Part shown: in pieces, positions 60,600 to 64,000 of the stretch
Layout of the letters: each line of letters opens with the position of its first letter
Position numbering within the stretch: position 1 is the stretch's first letter
NCBI RefSeq assembly: GCF_022539665.2
Contig: NC_081332.1
Coordinates: 744,001-808,000 of the forward strand
Direction: 5' to 3'
Source: Daphnia carinata
Lineage: Eukaryota
DNA length: 64,000 nt
Translations under genes and position numbers: made by a program
Notes under the pieces: generated by a model
Databases searched by the model: none
Told to the model about the DNA's origin: nothing
What the model saw: only the letters and a program-made list of their open reading frames with translations

Positions 60600-60671
60600 A
60601 CACTATCATGGGATTCGAACCTCAGACCTTCTACATATCATTCAAGTGCTCTACCACTGAGCTACTGAACT
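60600..60671 (-). other. tRNA-like Pol III element (pseudo-tRNA or SINE head)
   Basis: A box/D arm TAGCTCAGTGGTAGAGC and B box GGTTCGAATCC at tRNA spacing, but the acceptor and anticodon stems do not pair. Confidence 0.6.
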
Positions 60672-60757
60672 GTACATGAAATAATACAATTTTTAAAGCG
60701 TATCTACCTTTGCAGTATAAAGAAGGATATTTAGAAAGAAAATTTGGTGTTTGTAAC

Positions 60758-60828
60758 ACTGTAATTGGCGTAATAGTAAAGCCTTGGACTGGTATGCTGA
60801 AGGTTAAGGGTTCGATCCCCGTTACAGT
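60758..60828 (+). other. tRNA-like Pol III element (imperfect cloverleaf, apparent GGT anticodon)
   Basis: Acceptor-like stem ACTGTAA/TTACAGT, A box TGGCGTAATAG with a GGC/GCC D stem, B box GGTTCGATCCC, weak anticodon stem, T run about 50 nt downstream. Confidence 0.5.
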
Positions 60829-60970
60829 TGATAGATATACTTCTAAATAAAAACTCAATTGACGTAAATATATATATCTTTTATTGTCCCTCCATCCACC
60901 CTCAAATCCACCACTAATATTTCCATTTAAAAATACAAAACAAGACATACATACATAAATTACTAACTAG

Positions 60971-61287
60971 CAGGTTGGCTGCCACGCCACTAAATCTACA
61001 TTAACTACGTCGCTATCGGAAGGATAGCGACCAAGGGGGACTTGCCCGCTGACAAGTCCGGGCTGACATGATGATGGAGACCGTTTTGGGAACGCACACC
61101 CCTGGTCTCCACCACACATCGGGAAAAGGGAGTCCCTATGGTGCGTTGCCTACAGCGCCTTACGGCGAATCTTGGGCAGTGGCAACTGCTCCTCCTCATG
61201 ACATATAGGCCATGAGGCAGAACAGCGCGGCCCGTCCCTATAAAGCTAAAAAAAAAAGGGGAGAAAAAGGGCGTGGCAGCCAACGTG
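60971..61287. mobile_element. MITE-like element with 18-bp terminal inverted repeats, piggyBac-like
   Basis: CAGGTTGGCTGCCACGCC (60971-60988) and GGCGTGGCAGCCAACGTG (61270-61287) match at 17 of 18 positions. The right flank is TTAA, the left flank CTAG; no convincing ORF. Confidence 0.55.
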
Positions 61288-61344
61288 TTAATTAGTACTA
61301 CACAATTACACAATCAAAAAATACAACAATACCACAAAGACCAG

Positions 61345-61515
61345 GCGATGACGTGGCGACCACGAGGCGACGGATGAGGCGAAGACGGGCCGACGGGCGA
61401 GGTGAAGGCGGGGTGACGAGCGAGGCGAACACGGGGTGATGGGCTGGGCGAAGACGGGCGAGGCGAAGGCGAAGACGGGCGAGGCGAAGGCGAAGGCGAA
61501 GGCGAAAACGGGCGA
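61345..61515. repeat. GC-rich minisatellite of GGCGAA/GACGGGCGA units
   Basis: GGCGAAGACGGGCGAGGCGAA occurs in tandem, with (GGCGAA)n runs. Confidence 0.85.
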
Positions 61516-61966
61516 AAACTGTAGGAAAGAAATGTGTTGGCTAGAAAGTAGCAATGAAAAGGCGGCCTGCTGAAATAGTGGTTGTTAACCATTGACACAT
61601 AGAGAAGCAGGCTGCTTTTTACCAGATTAAGACTTACAGGAAAGATGAGTGGTCCAAGAGCATAATAATGTCATGATGCATTGCAATCCATAGTTTTGTT
61701 TCATTAGTGACCATCCTTCAGGGCCAGCATTCTTTGCACTTTTAATTCCATAGGCTAAAAAAAGGCAAAGCCACATTAATTTCATACTGACTGTCGAAAC
61801 ATAAGTATAATACCTCACTCCTCAACACAAAACCTTGCCGTTTGAACGCCTCAGTAGATATGATGAGAAGACGAAGGAAATGGTGATGGTTGAGGGTTTG
61901 CAAAACCACTTATGCTGTGTTTCTCAGACAGGACAGGACACAACGAATGGACAAAGAGTAGCAGAA

Positions 61967-64000
61967 TGAAATTATGATGTTCCAATACATTTGACTTGTG
62001 TTGTTTATGACCTTCTTTCACCGTCAGCATCTTTTGCAGTTAAAGTTTCAGGAGCTGTGTCTTAAAAACAGAATCATATACATCATATCATTCTGACTGC
62101 CAAAATATAAATTTTATACCTATCAACGAACAATTGAGTAGCACGATGAATGCAAAATAATAAATTGCAGAAGTTTGTGGCTATGGCAGCTGACAACCTG
62201 ACTAATTTTTGCACAGAAATAATCCATTTAATATGATTCACTTCAAAAGTACACAGAAGAATGAAAACTCAAAAATACGAATCATACCATTAGATTTTAT
62301 TATACTTTTCTTCGGAATGTAACACATAAAACAAACAAACCAGACACCGGTTTCCCAGTTCACTGTTGATTCACTTGTCATAAAAAAACATACGTCCATT
62401 AGCGCCATCTTTTATCTTAATATACAACCAAAAATGAAAGTCGCACATAAAATATGGATAATTTTTTTAAGAGAACTCGTCAATTCTAATTTTAGAGCGT
62501 TTAGTGCTAAGCGGCATGGAATCGTGAGGCAGAAAAGCACACAGGGTAAAGGGATAGACGACACTGGAGAACAAACTGGTGGCCATATTATATAGCAAAA
62601 AAAGAAGTATTATCAACTATATTGTCAGATTAAACGTCTCAGCGTAGAAACAACTGTGTACCTTGGCATTTTCTAAGTGTTGTAGACTGGATTATAAATA
62701 CATTCATTGCAACGCAATAGCTAAAAGTTTGCAACCAGGCTGTTAGAATCATTGAGTCTGAATAAAGGAAAATACAATCAAATATAAACATTAACAATTT
62801 AGTTGTAAATGTCAACTACTTGAATCCTTAAACTAGCCCAATTTCTCCGTTGGACGCCCTTTGGTATAACAAGGCCTTTTAAGGTTCACGTAGTAATGAA
62901 GTCAGACAAAATTCTTCTGATTTTGGCACTACCATTTGCAGTTATCTTGAAAAACTGCAAGTTCACTAAGCAAAACCTGGCAAAAAATTACAAAATACAA
63001 GTTGAGTTTTCCTTACCTAATGGTTGTTTAACATAAGACAGCAACATAATTTCCATTTCCGAATCATTTCCTTGCAAACCGTGAAAAAAGGTTTATACCG
63101 TGATTTAAAATCCTTATTTTGTTTTTCTGTCACAATGTCATATGACTTAATTCACTACAAGCTGTGGTACCGACCACTACATGGCGTTCCATTTACCTCA
63201 CTTTTCCCCGCTAGATGTCACTATTTGGCGCCCCCGTTTAAACTGGTTACGATTTGCACAGAATTTGATCTCGGCATAGCAATTTCTATAGCCGCTGTTC
63301 AATAAGAAACCGCCACACGCCCTGGTATTTGATAGCGCCAACATATTTAGTAGATGCCAATTTATTAGAGCAATCTGGCGGTCCAAAAATGTCAGATACC
63401 GGAACATACTGGCGATTTAGTAAGGAATGCCATCTCGGAAACTTAAAGCGAGTAGCTCAAGTTGATTTGCATACGCTACTGTTCCTTATGCACTTCATGC
63501 CAGTACCGTACGTCGGAGTATACCAATCTTACAATCTTATCTTTGTCATAGCTCAAGGTAAACCGAGCCGTTTCCTGTCACTGCGTACTTGAGCAATCAT
63601 CTTTCATTCGATCTAAGCAATATATCGTTCTGCTCTTGCTAGCAGCGCTTTTGGTATTACTTGAGTTTCCTGATCATCTTCTTCTGGTGTTGTTCAAAAT
63701 CAGGTGTGCTTAATGCCCAAATGATTTAGATCAGCTTCGTCCAAAATTAAAAACCTGACTCCCGAGAAGACAAATACTCCACAGTCGACAAAATCCTTAA
63801 ATCGCACCGCGGTCGCGACAACAATATTACACCCAGCTTGAAGATTTGATCGCTGATAGCTCGTGACAGTTCATCCATATATAATCACAGACTTTAAAAG
63901 CGAACTGTAGGAGAATTTACACGCCTCGCGGTGAATTAGGATGGCCAATTCACGAGTGGGTGCGACAATTACAACTTCTGGCTTTTGCTCCATGGCATGA
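61967..64000. repeat. Right arm of the large inverted duplication (includes repeat X copy 3; runs off the window)
   Basis: Reverse complement of 56903-57378 and 54353-55712. Confidence 0.9.
63728..64000 (-). pseudogene. vas: vasa-like DEAD-box helicase fragment C (motif Ia to DEAD), fused to repeat X
   Basis: HAMEQKPEVVIVAPTRELAILIHREACKFSYSSLLKSVIIYG*TVTSYQRSNLQAGCNIVVATAVRFKDFVDCGVFVFSGVRFLILDEAD: a stop falls in the GG motif and the fragment ends just after DEAD. Confidence 0.85.

Noticed and set aside
60600..60828. Functional tRNA genes
   Set aside because: The minus copy lacks acceptor and anticodon pairing, and the plus copy has weak anticodon and T stems; kept only as tRNA-like.
61050..61250. 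RNase P/MRP or telomerase RNA (AAGTCCGGGC resembles the P4 motif)
   Set aside because: The motif lacks the GGAA prefix and a matching CR-V partner, and no TTAGG template was seen.
61306..61598. Ser/Pro-rich and Phe/Ala-rich ORFs
   Set aside because: Translations of the GGCGAA minisatellite.

Overview
Eukaryotic, AT-rich, gene-dense window with many short (about 55-75 nt) GT-AG introns; the organisation suggests a branchiopod crustacean such as Daphnia (inference). Three zones. (1) 1-28 kb: an array of five Pvr/VEGFR-like receptor tyrosine kinase paralogues (HGDLAARN catalytic loop, only four Ig domains). One is partial at the window edge, one has an intact ectodomain and TM but no kinase, two are frameshifted and one inverted copy is intact. 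Torsin and unknown pseudogene fragments were co-duplicated with them, and a recurring ~350-bp upstream module ends at a repeatedly reused breakpoint (TCCAAAGTA). (2) 28-42 kb: single-copy genes: cuticle-like protein, MS4A-like tetraspan protein, katanin p60-like ATPase, FAU/RpS30, eIF1A, EED/esc and headcase. One headcase intron holds a strongly structured ~200-nt element. (3) 45-64 kb: a repeat and pseudogene zone with three degraded vasa-like DEAD-box fragments, ~170-bp tandem repeats and a large inverted duplication. Inside its spacer lies a cassette with hairpin-rich blocks, two divergent tRNA-like elements and a piggyBac-like MITE. All alignments and exon models were made by eye, so repeat boundaries are approximate.
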